A DNA stretch of 64,000 bases from Squalus acanthias (Eukaryota): assembly GCA_030390025.1 (NCBI GenBank), contig CM059433.1, forward strand, positions 19,222,001-19,286,000. Reading direction: 5' to 3'. Of this stretch, positions 24,911-38,079 are shown piece by piece. Position 1 is the first letter of the stretch, and each line of letters starts with the position of its first letter. Below the pieces are notes generated by a model. That model ran no database searches. It saw only the letters and a program-made list of their open reading frames with translations, and had not been told where the DNA came from. The position numbers and the translations under genes were made by a program.

Positions 24911-27900
24911 ATGTAAAATTTTAAATATGTTGTAAATGATACCAAATCAAATATATGTAAAAATAAAGTTATACTACAGAACGGCAATATACAGACTGAA
25001 TTATCTCTGCGCATCCTGGTTCAATTATCTCCGGCCCAGTAATCCTGCTTCACCTGAAGACTACTCTTGGTCTTGACTTCCCATGTGCAATGGTATCGGA
25101 GATTGACTAATGGTAAAAGTCTTGCATCTAGTGTGTCCATAAGTGCTTGGGAAAATGCCTCATGCTTGAAAGTGTTACACATGTAAGGTGATCATCACAC
25201 TTCCACTTGATTGGCTCAGACATAATGTTTATAGAAATGCAAAAAAAACCAAATCACTGTTCACTCAATAATGCCGATTAATTCCAATATTGGAAAGCTA
25301 CCAATAAAAGGCAGTAAGCCAGCAGGAAAACTACTAGTGAAGAATCAGCAAACAGCAAAAAAAACCCTACCAATTAACAACTACTAAGGAGGAAAAAGGA
25401 AAGTCGTGAAATTGTTCAAAATATTTTTGAATGGCATTTAGCTAACATGTTGCTTTCAAATAACACAAGGCTATAGAAGTAAAATAACTTTTAACATAAA
25501 AGTGTAGAAAAATATATGACACAAAATATTAAACTTAACCATTCAGTTGCTCTTTCTGTGTTTGATAACTCTGCAAGATGGTTTCCCTCCAGTTGCCTGA
25601 CCCGCTCTCTGTAGCTTGGTGCTCCAGTTCTGTTACATTGCCAGGATCTGTATCATCTTTCCGACTGAGATGCAGGCTTATCCAGTGTGCGTGTGTGTTG
25701 CTATGTGTGTGCGTCACACTGTGCATAACTCCCAGAATGCACCACAGTCATTCTGTGCATGTCACTCTTGTGAATTTCTACTGCCAACTTGTGGGAACAA
25801 GGCTTACAAATAGGAAGCTCCACGGCTAAACAGCAATAATTGATTGGTGATTGGTAACTGGACAATGCTGATGAATTCAAATATTACTCAACAAATAGAA
25901 CAATTCAGGTGTTTAAAGACATATTCTAATTTTATGATTGGGCATTTTTTCCTCCCAGATACAGCCTTCTGATTGGAAATCAGATCCACAAAATAAAAGT
26001 TTCTCACATTCATCGTACTATTAAACAGTAGTGAAATGGCTCTGTGGACTAGCAGGCAGTGTATAGCTTTCTAATAGGAAGTGGTTAGCATACCGAGATG
26101 GGTCCTGCCTGGAATGGTAGTGTGGGGAGTCTTTTAGGACATTCTAGGTAGTACCTGCATTACAGATTGTATGTAACTGCACTGAATAAACTACTAGTTT
26201 TTTTTAATTGCTCTGTTGAACTATCCAAGTTTCTTTTCAAGTTAATAGTGACCTGAAGTCCCCAAATCTCGTGGTCCATTGGTTTTCATGTTACAATTGT
26301 GTACCTTACTTCCTGTCCATCATCCTGTACTCCTGGTTCACAATGGGGCCACACATCACAACTAAACTCGAGACCTCACCATGGGAATCAGGAGGGTGAT
26401 TGGTTTATGGTGATTGAATAAATCAAATCTGAGGGTTGTAGGGCTGGTGGAGGTTACAGAGATAGAGAGGGGTGAGTCCATGGAGAGATTTGAAAACAAG
26501 GATGAGAATTTTAAAAATAAAATAAAAGTAACCATTTTTTTTCTTCATCTCTCGACATATCACAATATTTGTATGTCGGCTTTCATGTTTGGTGGGTTAA
26601 TTACTCAAAATGCTAAAAAAATCAATTAATTTTAGTTTTGCAGTTTTTCCTCAGGGCACCATATTAAAATATTTTCTCTCTTTCTCCCCCCACCCCCCCT
26701 CAGAGTTATCTTTAGGGACCTTATCTCAGTTCTGTAGAACAATGTTGTTACAATTACAGAGCTGTAGATTTTCATTATTTCAGTACTAATGTTTTGACTT
26801 CTCCAGATCTTATCAAATAGGCCGAAGTTGCTTTTTCAATTTGACACTACATTTTCTTCTCAACATCTCCTTCAGTTGTCACTTGCTGCTCAAGTGAATT
26901 AATGTATCTGTCTTTAGGCTAAAGTTTTATTCTTTATTTGTTCCCTCATTGATACTGGTTGTCTACGGGACCACCTTCTGTAACCAACACAGTATAACAC
27001 AATCTAAACTCACTTTATTCCCAGTTGTTATCTGTCGAATAATCTTTTCAATGCTCCATCTGTCAGAACTCTAAATTAGACCAGTAAAAGAATAAAAGTT
27101 CACTTCTGATTTGCAGCATCAGAGTAGAACTGGTCTGAAAAACAGTCTGTTTTTAAAGCTTCGACATTAGGCTCTTGCATTGAAACAAGTTTGTTCGGAG
27201 GAGAAAGTGAAGAGTCACAGTGAGCAGAAATCGCATAACCAAGTTTTAATACTTTGGTTATCGAAATAGCTTCGTTTTTGCCTGATTTGTTTTATTGCCA
27301 ATTGTGTATTATTCGGACAATCTTGTACTGTGGACATGCTCATTAGATTGGATTGAGATTGTATAAACTCACATCAACATCTGACTTTCTAGGCTGGATT
27401 TGAACCACATTCTAAAGAGTAAAAAGACACTGCTCTAGTTCCACTGGGCTCAGTCATCACCCTAACTTTTTTAGTCCTTAATGTTGTTGTAATTATGTCC
27501 TCTTACAGATATGATTTAAGGTAGTCTTCTCAAACGTTTGTTAAATTAAATATAGTTTGTTTGAAAAATGCTCTTGCAAAAGATGCAGTTGTTGGAACCA
27601 CTGGATACCAATATGTTGCAAGTATTTCATAATTCAGTCATTCCCTGTTCAGACAACCAATCATCATCGAATACAGTGCAAGATGGTTATAAAGGGCTGG
27701 TTTTTGCATCAATGTTTTGTCTGTCATAAACGGCTGGCTGATTTATTTCTCACAGTATTACAAACTTAAACTTGAATCCTAGGATCAGCTAGATTTATCA
27801 GCTGGGAGAGGTAGAAAAGAGAACAGCAGCATGTTATGCATCCAGTATTATAACTTTAAAAAACCCACCAAACCTGACTTCAGCTCACATTATAATGTTT

Positions 27901-28519
27901 TGCATCCCATTCCTTGCACTGCAATCAACTGGGGAAAGGTACAGGTGGATTCTATAAACACTCTGCAGAACACAACAGGAATAAAATAAATGAATTCTAC
28001 TCAAATTAGAATGTATTACCCTTGTATTAGCTCTGGGTGTGTCTCAGTACGACTGTAGGCTTCAAAGAGTTAAGAATCAATTCAGCTGCGAGTGCAATAT
28101 TAAACTACAGTGCTGATTTACAGCAACTGTACCGAGAAACCTTTGCTGTTCTAACAATTAACTCATGACTAAATTGGTGAGATAACTAACCATCTCCAAA
28201 AGTCTGGTCATTATTTGCCACAGTTTCTGTAGATGTCTGACAGTACAACTTGTAAGAGGCCAAATATTGTTAATATTTCAGGGATTGCAAACTGGTATAA
28301 ACAATGAAAAAATTTAAGATATATTACCACAAAAAATGTTGAATATGCAGCTCATTTCACCCTTCGTTTGCTTACACTGAAGCTGCAATTACCTTGACAG
28401 ACGGGTTATGAAATGCCGCACTGTGATTTTATTGCTTTTCATTTTTTTTGCCAAAACAATTACCAAGTTAAACTGAAAATAAATTTCTTGCATTATCTTA
28501 TTGAAAAAGTCTCCAAGTA

Positions 28520-29130
28520 ATAATAGTCATAGAGTTATACAGCACAGAAAGAGGCCCTTCGGCTCATCATGTCCGCGCCGGCCATCAAGCCCCGTCTATT
28601 CTAATCCCATTTTCCAGCACTTGGTCCGTAGCCTTGTATGCTATGGCGTTTCAAGTGCTCATCTGAATGCTTCTTGAATGTTGTGAGGGTTCCTACCTCT
28701 ACCACCCTTTCAGGCAGTGAGTTCCAGATTCCAACCACCCTCTGGGTGAAAAGGTTTTTCCTCAAATCCCCTCTAAACCTCCTGCCCCTTACCCTGGTTA
28801 TTGACCCCTCTACTAAGGGGAAAAGTTCCTTTCTATCTACCCTATCTATGCCCCTCATAATTTTGTACACCTCAATCAGGTCCCCCCTCAGCCTTCTCTG
28901 CTCTAAGGAAAACAACCCCAGTATGGCCAGTCTCTCTTCATAGCTGAAGCGCTGCAGCCCAGGTAACATCCTGGTGAATCTCCTCTGCACCCTCTCCAAT
29001 GCAATCACATCCTTCCTGTAGTGTGGCGACCAGAACTGCACACAGTATTCCAGCTGTGGCCTAACTAGCGTTTTGTACAGCTCCATCATAACCTCCCTGC
29101 TCTTATATTCTATGCCTCGGCTAATAAATG
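28520..29130 (-). mobile_element. CR1 LINE 3' fragment
   Basis: ORF 28601-29176: LYKTLVRPQLEYCVQFWSPH...LERVQRRFTRMLPG; 3' UTR at 28520-28600. Confidence 0.92.
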
Positions 29131-29399
29131 CAGTTTTTTTCTTCATAAGTGACAGTAGAACTGGATTTAAATACACTGAACTATTTTCATAAACTTTTAG
29201 AAAAATGAACGTTAAACCTTCCGACAGTTATAACTGTATTTTTGAGCATGCTCAATTGAGGAAATGCACGAAGTAACTTGATTTATGAACCCGGCTCAGT
29301 ATAACCAATGACTGTACAAATTATGTTGACACACACATATCTCCAGTATGTTTATTTTTTTTCTTGGTTTTGCTGCCAAGGCCACATTTCTTGCACTCA

Positions 29400-31160
29400 T
29401 TTTCCCAGTTGCCCCAAGGAGCTTCTGGTGGGCCTTCTCCTTGAATTACATGTGCTGATGGTGTTCGGTACGTAATTCCAGGATATTGAGCCAGCGATGA
29501 TAAAGAAACAGCGATGTATGCCCAAGTTAGGGTATTATGTGACACTGGGGGAAACTCAGATGATGGTGTTCCCATGATATTGCTGCTAATCGTTCTTGGT
29601 GGTAGAAGTCAAAAGGGGAGAGAGGTATTTTCCAAGTAACTGAAATGAGTTGCTGCAGTGCATCCTGTGGATCATAAATGTTGCACCCACTCACTATGTG
29701 CTCAGGAGTTGGATATTGGCCCGTATTTTCCGATCCCTACGGGTGTGTATGAGCTGTGTACACACCCGTAGGGGCCTCGCAAGTGCCGGTTTCAGGCATG
29801 CAAAGCGCTGAAAACCGGCACTTCCGATCTGTCAAAAATTCTTGACAGATCGCACGCCTGCCCTGGAGAAGAGCCTCTGCGGGGGGAGAGTTCCGCTTTC
29901 TGCAGAACCTCCGCCCGCTGAGAACCTTTAAAAATCTTACGCCTGGTAAAAGCAGGCGTAAGGCCTGCTTTTACCAGCTTAAGAGTTTAAAAAAGTTTTT
30001 TTCCCCCCCCACTCATTTATAATTTAAAAATAATTTTAAAAAAGTTTATTTTTAGCCCCGTAAAATCTTTAATTATTTTTTTCAAAAAATAAATTTTTTG
30101 TTTAATATTTAATTTAATGTAATTTTAACTAATTTTAAAAACGTGATTAAAAAAAAATTATTGAATGTTTTGATGTGCTTTTTGAGTGATCCCCATTCAT
30201 ACTTTTGACAGGTCTAAGCTGAGAGACCTGTCAAAACTGTGAAGGGGGATTCCCTTCTTCCATTGGTTCCCCATGGCCCACGTGATCCCAGGGACGCTTG
30301 CGAACTGCCTGCGCCCCTGGGATACCTGGGCCTCTGCGTGTGCGCACCAGGAGAGGCCCAGTGTCCAGACCTCCGGTGCCCTCAGGTAAGGGCGTAGATT
30401 TTTTCCAGACTGGAGGCATCCGCACGCAGGAAGCCTCCGATCGGAAAATCTGGGCCATTGATTCCAGTGGCATGGGGCTGATCAAACAGACTGGATGGGG
30501 TTAAGCTTGTATTAAGATTGTTGTTGCAACTCCACCCACCCAGGTGAGTGGTCAGTAATCCAATACACACTCCTGACTTCAGCCTTCTAAATGGTGGCGA
30601 CTCTTCTCATTACCGAGTATGCAGCCTATGTTCTTTTCTGCTCATGTAGCCACAGTGTTGATATGGTTGGTTCAGTTAAGGACTGGTTAATGGTGTCCCT
30701 CAAGATGTTGATATTGGAGTCTCAATGAAAGCGTTATGGTTGAAAGTCAGGGGGAGATGGCTGGGCTTTCTCTTGTTCGAGGTGGTCATTATGATGCTTG
30801 TGGCGCAAATGCTACTCGTCAGCCCAAGCCTGGATGTTATCCAGGTCCTGCTGTAGGCTAGCATGGGATGCTTCATTATCCTGAACACTGTGGAATCATC
30901 AGCAAACATCTCTCCTCCTGACTTTGACAAAGAAGAGGTAATTGCTGAAGCAGCTGAAAATAGTTGGGCCAAGGGCACTTCCCGAGCAACTCCTGCAGTG
31001 ATGTCCTCGGTCTGCAGGGATTAGTTTCTGATAACCATAACCCGATCTGGTTGTGTGTCAGGTATGGCTCCACACTGGGGGGCTTTTCCCTTTGACCTCA
31101 GTTTTGCTTGGACTCCTTGGCGCCATATTCGGTTCAATGCTGCCTTGATGTTGAGCATGG
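29400..31160 (-). mobile_element. Degenerate LINE (same family as 15860-16365), interrupted by a MITE
   Basis: MFADDSTVF and SNKRKPSHLPLTFN remnants in ORF 30700-30978; sequence continues across the MITE. Confidence 0.78.
29718..30456. mobile_element. PIF/Harbinger-type MITE, 739 bp, nested in a LINE
   Basis: att|GGCCCGTATTTTCCGATC...GATCGGAAAATCTGGGCC|att. Confidence 0.88.
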
Positions 31161-31374
31161 TAAAACTGAGACAACTGCATAACTTGACCCTCCTGACTTA
31201 AATCAGATATTGCACATTTGCTCTGTTGTTTTAGTGCAGAGGTGTCAAACGTAGAGTTCCCTCTGGCCCACGGTGTGCTGTGGTGAGTCTCACTCCGAGC
31301 TTTTGTGTGTACTTCATTCATGGAACACAAGACGGACACAAAATCTATCAATATTTCCACACTTTAGTCCAGAG

Positions 31375-32161
31375 GGAGAACTGCACCTTTAAATTTCTCG
31401 TTGGAGTAGCGCGCCCCCCAACTCCGTGACCTCAGCGCCCCCTCCCGCCGACACAGAGATCCAGCTAACCCCCACCAGTCAGGAGTGATCGGAAATGGGA
31501 GCGGCTTGTGGAGGGGAGAGAGACATGGAGCGAGACAAGGTACGGGATTGGGCTGGGTGAACAGGGTCTAGAGGGCAGGAGATTGGGACTTGGGGAGGTG
31601 GGATTCGGGGGGTTGGGAAACAGGGAGGGGAGACAGAGGGAGAGTGCAACAGGGGACTAGGGGTTGGGAGAGAAGGGCTCAGGGGAAAAAAGAAAAAAAT
31701 GGGGAATAGGGGTTCAGGGCAGAGAGGGGGACTAAGGAATGGGGTTAGGGAGATTGTGGCCCGGGCCGGGGGGGGGTGGGGGAGAGGGAGAAACTGGGGG
31801 TTGAAGGGGATTGGGGCTTAGGCGGGGGGAAGAGAGGACTGGGTGTGTGTGGGCATGGTGCCCAGCATTTCCTGCAGAGCTGGGAGCAGCAGCACCAGCA
31901 ATATGGTGAGTGGGACAGCACAGAGAGGAGCAGCCAATAAAGGGCCGCATGAAACCAGGGAACTTTACTGTGGGTGAATAGGGAACAAGGGGACAGAAGC
32001 CAAGGATTCTCAATGCGCTCAAGGAATTGCACGCCGTGCAAGCTCCAACCACCACCGCTCCCGCTGAGCTCAGAGAGGAACGCACGACACAGCCGCAAAC
32101 TGCAGCCCTGCTCCCTCGGCTCCTCTCTCAGCGCAACAAATTCCACAAACAACCCCGGGCC
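31375..32161. repeat. GC-rich, G-skewed probable transposon remnant
   Basis: Long G/A-rich tract 31490-31860 and CpG-rich ends terminating ccgggcc; no matching left TIR found. Confidence 0.4.
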
Positions 32162-32581
32162 TGATGCCCTGGTCTCATCTGTCAGCTCCTCACCATTTCT
32201 TCTGGTACAGCAAACTTATTTCTTTCACAAACCATGGACAATCTGTTCCATCCTGAACTGTCTGTAACCCACTCAAGTCTCCTGAGAAAAGGTACAGCAA
32301 AGTTTTATCCTGCCCCCACCATAAAGGCAATAAAATAAATCTCCAGATCTTCACTTCTAATGAAAACAAATTTAGTTCTGTGAATGTCTCGACATAACGT
32401 ACAGCCCTATATACTGGAAGGTGTTGCTCATTTCTTAAAACCCATCTCCAACTCATTAAATCCTTTTGAAGGTTTGGTACCAGTATTTCAAATGTGGCTA
32501 ATCAATGACCTACAGAATGGAGAATAATCTAAGCTTATTGTTACATCAACTGCAGCAAATAAATTAGCTTCAACTTGACTA

Positions 32582-32945
32582 CAGGAAACTCTTTATTAAC
32601 CGGCACCGACGGGACCGGCGTGGTGCCGGTTTATCAAAAAGTCCGGATAACGGAGAGTTATATCTCCCAACGTACGAGAGCCCCGTACACATTGACATGC
32701 GCCTGCATTCGGAGCTCCGTCTCCCAGGGACCGCCAGCTGACCATCTGTCGTGTCCACTGCCTACCCGGGCTGCACATTACCCTCCCAATCTACATGCTC
32801 CGATACAAGGCAAACGCCTCGGGGTTTTTTTTTAATGTTATTTTTAAAGGAGAGATGAAGGAAAACCCCGGTTACCTACTCAAGAATTTTGCCGGTTAAG
32901 AGAGATTTCCGGTTATTTGGGTGCCGGTTAAAAGAGAGTTTCCTG
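32582..32945. mobile_element. Tc1/mariner (pogo/Tigger-like) MITE, 364 bp
   Basis: ta|CAGGAAACTCTTTATTAACCGGCACC...GGTGCCGGTTAAAAGAGAGTTTCCTG|ta. Confidence 0.88.
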
Positions 32946-34009
32946 TATATACATTAGCTTTTGAACCCCCGCCTCCTTCATAGAGTATATCTGTCCTGTT
33001 CCAACTTCAACCTTGCACGTGATGAAGTTCCCTGCCAATGGTAAAGCGAATTGACAGGGGCAATGCGGTTTGGTAGCACTAAGTTAACAAGCAATTCGGA
33101 GAGAGGGACACAGTGGAACAGCACAAACGCACTAGCATATTAGAGAAAAGCCACAGTTGTAAGATTAGAGAAACAGGAAAAATGAGCCTACTGCTGCAGC
33201 AGGAGGCCGGAAAACGGCTGCAGCAGAAACATGGATAGTGGCCACGGTTGCATAAGGAGGTCAGAAAGCAGCCACAGTCACAGCACTAGATGAGAAGATG
33301 GTAGTGGCTGTAGCAGGGGCCAGAACGTAGTGGCAACAGGAACCTAGACTGCAGCCATGCCCATTGAAAGCAAAAGTAGCAAAATTCAAGTGCCAGGCCT
33401 TCAGGGGGACGAGGCCTCGAGGGTAAAACTTATAGGGCATAATTCGAATAGGCTCTGGATAATTTTAATGATAATACTTTAAAATCATTATATGTTAGTT
33501 TTGTTACAAATTCTAATTTTTAACCTCTGTATAGTCAGCTGGCTTATGCTAAATTTTTATGTCAAAATTTTCCATAAATTGGTTGAAATTTTAGTTGCAT
33601 TAATCAATAACATTTGGAATATATATTTATGGTGTATAACTCTATTCACTTTATTTTGTCTTAATCTAGGAGTTCACTTTTTATAATAATGGCAAATATA
33701 TCACCAACTGAACTGTACATGTTAAGAATTCATTTACTTGCAGAATTTTGTAGATAAAAATGAACACACAAGATTTAAATGTTTGGTATCCAAAGGCATA
33801 CTCAGTGCAGCAACATCCAAAAACCCCAAACTACAGGACAGTTAAAAAAATTAGTTCCGTGTGGTCAAAATGAGGGCACATACTGTGTTGTGATACACGT
33901 CCCCACTGTGAGGTGAAAAATTTCCCCGTTCACTTCGGTCATAAAGCCATCACTTCAATCACAATTGCACACAAAGCTACACTAATACAACTTTGTTTCT
34001 TTTTATTAG

Positions 34010-34242
34010 TTTACTGGAACAAAAAGTCTTGGAAATGGAAGACAAACATGCAGTTGAACTCGAGTCACTAATTCAAGAAAAGGAGCAGCTCCAGGAGTTA
34101 GTAACACGACAGAATTCCATCATAGAGGAACTGGAAAAGCAACTGGTTACAGCAACATTAAACAACACAGTCATTCAGAAACAGCAACTTGACTTGATGA
34201 AGACTGTTCACAATCTGATCAATCTGGTATCCCCTACCAGCT
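34010..34242 (+). CDS. ANGPT2: Angiopoietin-2 exon 4 (233 nt)
   Basis: ttttattag|T...T|gtgagt; LLEQKVLEMEDKHAVELESLIQEKEQLQELVTRQNSIIEELEKQLVTATLNNTVIQKQQLDLMKTVHNLINLVSPTS; frame continuous with exon 3. Confidence 0.93.
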
Positions 34243-35526
34243 GTGAGTATTTGTCTATATCTTCACGCCTTTGGACCAGGAAGCAGAAGTGACCCTTTAA
34301 AATTCAAGTTATACACAACGTTTGCAAAAGGATGTTTATTAGCGCAAAAGCGGATTACAACCGGATTTTTTAAAACTCCATTAATAGCATACAATGGTGA
34401 CTGTTCTCAGGAACATCCAGTTAGTGTTTATTGCACACAGACAAGAACAGTTATCCCAAGAGCAGATGTTTGTGTACTGTTGAATAGGAATTTCACATCA
34501 GTTGCTTAAATCCAAGAATATTCCAGAACCACAAATGTTTTGCTGCTAATGAAAACCTCTCGAGTGCCAACAAAAAAACAGAGCAAGCTATTATTTTAAA
34601 AACAAGTTGCGGTTTAATTTGATATCTCCCATCTTGGGCCATTTTTAGAAAGGTTTTACTAGTTTACTGCATTAAATTTTCAGATTGATTGTCCTTGGCA
34701 AAACTAAAGCAAACTTGAACTTAATCAAGTTGCAGACCACATTTTATCTATTTACACAGGGCCCATTCTTGTTCTTCTAAATCAGAGCCATTACAAAAAT
34801 GAAGCGTGGGCTTCGGCAAACATAAGCTGCCGAGGGAAAGTACAAGACACCGAGCTCAAACTTTTGAAACGAAACTCATTTGCACTGGCTAACGAAATCT
34901 GGCTGCTTTCGTTTACATTACTGTCTGTGCGTATTCCCCAGAGATTAAACAGTGTGATCTTTTACAACGGGGCTTTCAGCTGCAAGCCGTTATGGAAGCA
35001 ATAAACTGTTACTTGCAGCAATCCTGAGGCAAGGTATTTCCTGTATTACTTACTAAAAGAGTGAGTGGATGGGTAAAAATGATAGGCATTGCTTGAAATT
35101 CTTTTTGCCATAACACAAATATTACAACACTACCAGGACTCATGAATTGCATCCTGTGGTTGCTGGTCATGTAGCGTCTATTTCTATTATAGCTATAAAC
35201 AGTGCCGTAAAAGAAAACCTCCCAATGAGTTTCCAACACTAATAACTAAACCGTTGCAACATTTATTTTCTTGACCAGTATAAAATAGTATTTCCACTTC
35301 AATTGTTGTGGTCTTTTAACTCCTTAAAAGTGCTCCATTTACTTCACTCTCACGTTTGCTTGGAAGAACCAGAGAACACAGTAGCAGCCACAACTCTCAA
35401 TCACAACGATTAAATGAAGCCGCACAGTTTGTGCAAATTCGTTTAATGCCTCAATGGAAATATGCAAACACTGCTGCTTAAAATCTTGCCGTTTTTAACC
35501 GAGTTGCTATTTGTCGTATATTACAG

Positions 35527-35654
35527 CCCAAAGCTCATTTTTAGCCAAAGAAGAACAAATCCACTTTAAAGACTGTGCTGATGCTTACAAATCAGGACTT
35601 CGAGCAACTGGGATCTATACACTTTTTGTACCGAACACAACTCAACCAATACAG
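35527..35654 (+). CDS. ANGPT2: Angiopoietin-2 exon 5 (128 nt), start of fibrinogen-like domain
   Basis: ttacag|CC...CAG|gtaagg; (S)QSSFLAKEEQIHFKDCADAYKSGLRATGIYTLFVPNTTQPIQ; AKEEQI.F.DCA is ANGPT2-like. Confidence 0.92.
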
Positions 35655-35944
35655 GTAAGGGTCGTCAGTGATAACTTGGTTCTCAGTACAGACACCATGA
35701 AAGGTGACCTTTTATTACATTTTCGCAGAAACTGTCTTTAGTAAATATGAGCAATTATCATGTTATCACGACTGATTTTTAAAGCAACTTTTCAAAACTC
35801 ACCTTCCTTTTCTTTCAATAATCATCAACAGAAAAGACACAGCTGGCACATGCTCAACAAATCATCATTGCATCTATAGTGGTAAATATAACTATGATGT
35901 TAATTGAGACAACACAAGAACAGTTATTTACTGATGATCAATAT

Positions 35945-36158
35945 CTAGGACCCATGCTCTGAAACTGCATCCTTAAACCCCTCTGACTCTCTACTTCCCT
36001 CTCCTCCTTTAAGGGCTTCCTTAAAATCAACCTTTGACCAAGCTTTTGGTCACCCCTCCTAATATCTCCTTCCTCATCACAATGTCTATTTTTGTCTGAT
36101 TACAGCCGTGGGATATTTTACTATGTTAAAGGTTCTATATAAATGCAAGTTATTGTAG
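35945..36158 (+). mobile_element. L2-like LINE 3' tail
   Basis: ctcctcctttaag...ctttgaccaagcttttggtcacc...ctatataaatgcaagtt; tail resembles the SacSINE1-like tail; reverse copy at ~58735-58950. Confidence 0.65.
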
Positions 36159-36379
36159 TTAAGTTTTTTTGGTCTTTATTACCCAACCCCAACTCATGAA
36201 TCCAATAACATGAAGGTATGGAATTATAGAAAAAGTTGATTTGTTTTAGTCATGTATTACCAATTTTTATGCACCAAGTTGTTATTGGTATATATGTGGT
36301 GGTACCGGTTGTTTGAGTAAGAACTTTTTATGTATCACCCATATTACACGGCGAACAGTGGTATCTCAAATTATTAAAT

Positions 36380-37875
36380 GGATGAGTTATGTGGAGACAC
36401 TAGAGAAGCAGGGATAGTTCTCCTTAGATCAGAGAAGGTTAAGGGAGGTTTAATAGAGGTGTTCAAAATTGGAGGGGTTTTGATACAGTAAATAAGGAGA
36501 AACTGTTTCCACTGGCAGGCAGGTCAGTAACCAGAGGATGCAGATTTAAGATAATTGGCAAAAGATCCAGAGAACGAGTTGTTGTGATCTGGAATGCACT
36601 GCCTGAAAGGGTGGTGGAAACAGATTCAATAGTAACATACGAAAGGGAATTGGATATATACACATGAAAATCTATATTAATGATTTGGAGGAGGGGACCG
36701 AGTGTAACATATCAAAGTTTGCAGATGATACAAAGATGGGAAGGAAAGTAGAAAGTGAGGAGGACATAAAAAACCTACAAGAGGATATAGACAGGCTGGG
36801 TGAGTGGGCGGAGATTTGGCAGATGCAATACAATATTGGAAAATGTGAGGTTATGCACTTTGGCAGGAAAAATCAGAGAGCAAGTTATTATCTTAATGGC
36901 GAGAAACTGGAAAGTACTGCAGTACAAAGGGATCTGGGGGTCCTAGTGCAAGAAAATCAAAAAGTTAGTATGCAGGTGCAACAGGTGATCAAAAAGGCCA
37001 ACGGAATGTTGGCTTTTATTGCTAGGGGGATAGATTATAAAAACAGGGAGGTATTGCTGCAGTTATATAAGGTATTGGTGAGACCGCACCTGGAATACTG
37101 CGTACAGTTTTGGTGTCCATACTTAAGAAAAGACATACTTGCTCTCGAGGCAGTACAAAGAAGGTTCACTCGGTTAATCCCGGGGATGAGGGGGTGGACA
37201 TATGAGGAGAGGTTGAGTAGATTGGGACTCTACTCATTGGAGTTCAGAAGAATGAGAGGCGATCTTATTGAAACATATAAGATTGTGAAGGGGCTTGATC
37301 GGGTGGACGCGGTAAGGATGTTCCCAAGGATGGGTGAAACTAGAACTAGGGGGCATAATCTTAGAATAAGGGGCTGCTCTTTCAAAACTGAGATGAGGAG
37401 AAACTTCTTCACTCAGAGGGTAGTAGGTCTGTGGAATTTGCTGCCCCAGGAAGCTGTGGAAGCTACATCATTACATAAATTTAAAACAGAAATAGACAGT
37501 TTCCTAGAGGTAAAGGGAATTAGGGGTTACGGTGAGCGGGCAGGAAATTGGACATGAGGCTGAGTTCGGATCGGTCAGGGCCCTGTGGGTGGCGGAGCGG
37601 GCCCAGGGGCTGAGTGGCCGGGTCCTGCTCCTACTTCTTGTGTTCTTTAGATTTGAGGTGAGGATCAGATCAGCCATGATCTTATTGAATGGCAGAGCAG
37701 GCTCGAGGGGCCGATTGGCCTACTCCTGCTCCTATTTCTTATGTTCTTAAAAAGGAAAAATTTGCAGGGCAATGGGGAAAGAGCAGGGGAATGAGACTAA
37801 TTGGATAGCTCTTTTGAAGAGTCGAAAAAGGCACGATGGGCCGAATGACTCCCTTCTGTGCTGTATGATTCTATT
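36380..37875 (+). mobile_element. Older CR1 3' fragment (36380-36670 and 37750-37875) split by a younger CR1
   Basis: ...gaattggatatatacacatgaaaa resumes as aaaaggaaaaatttgcagggc after the insert; an uninterrupted relative is at 46060-46470. Confidence 0.8.
36671..37748 (+). mobile_element. Young 5'-truncated CR1 with open RT C-terminal frame and duplicated 3' tail
   Basis: 297-aa ORF IYINDL...SKFADDTK...LVRPHLEYCVQFW without stops; ends ttcttatgttctt. Confidence 0.92.
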
Positions 37876-38031
37876 AGTGGATCTCCCATGGTGTTGCTCT
37901 TGGTACTTTTAGAAGAACAGGAGTATTATACCACGCAAGGTATTATTCTGCTGCTGATGTAGATTTGTGTACCTTTGAGGCCACAATGCCTAATTATTAA
38001 GTAAATGCAACTTCAGGCCAATTGGAATTTA

Positions 38032-38079
38032 ATTGCTATTTGATGAGGGAATTTCATTGCTATTTGATGAGGGAATTTC
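38032..38079. repeat. Perfect 24-bp tandem duplication
   Basis: attgctatttgatgagggaatttc x2. Confidence 0.92.
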
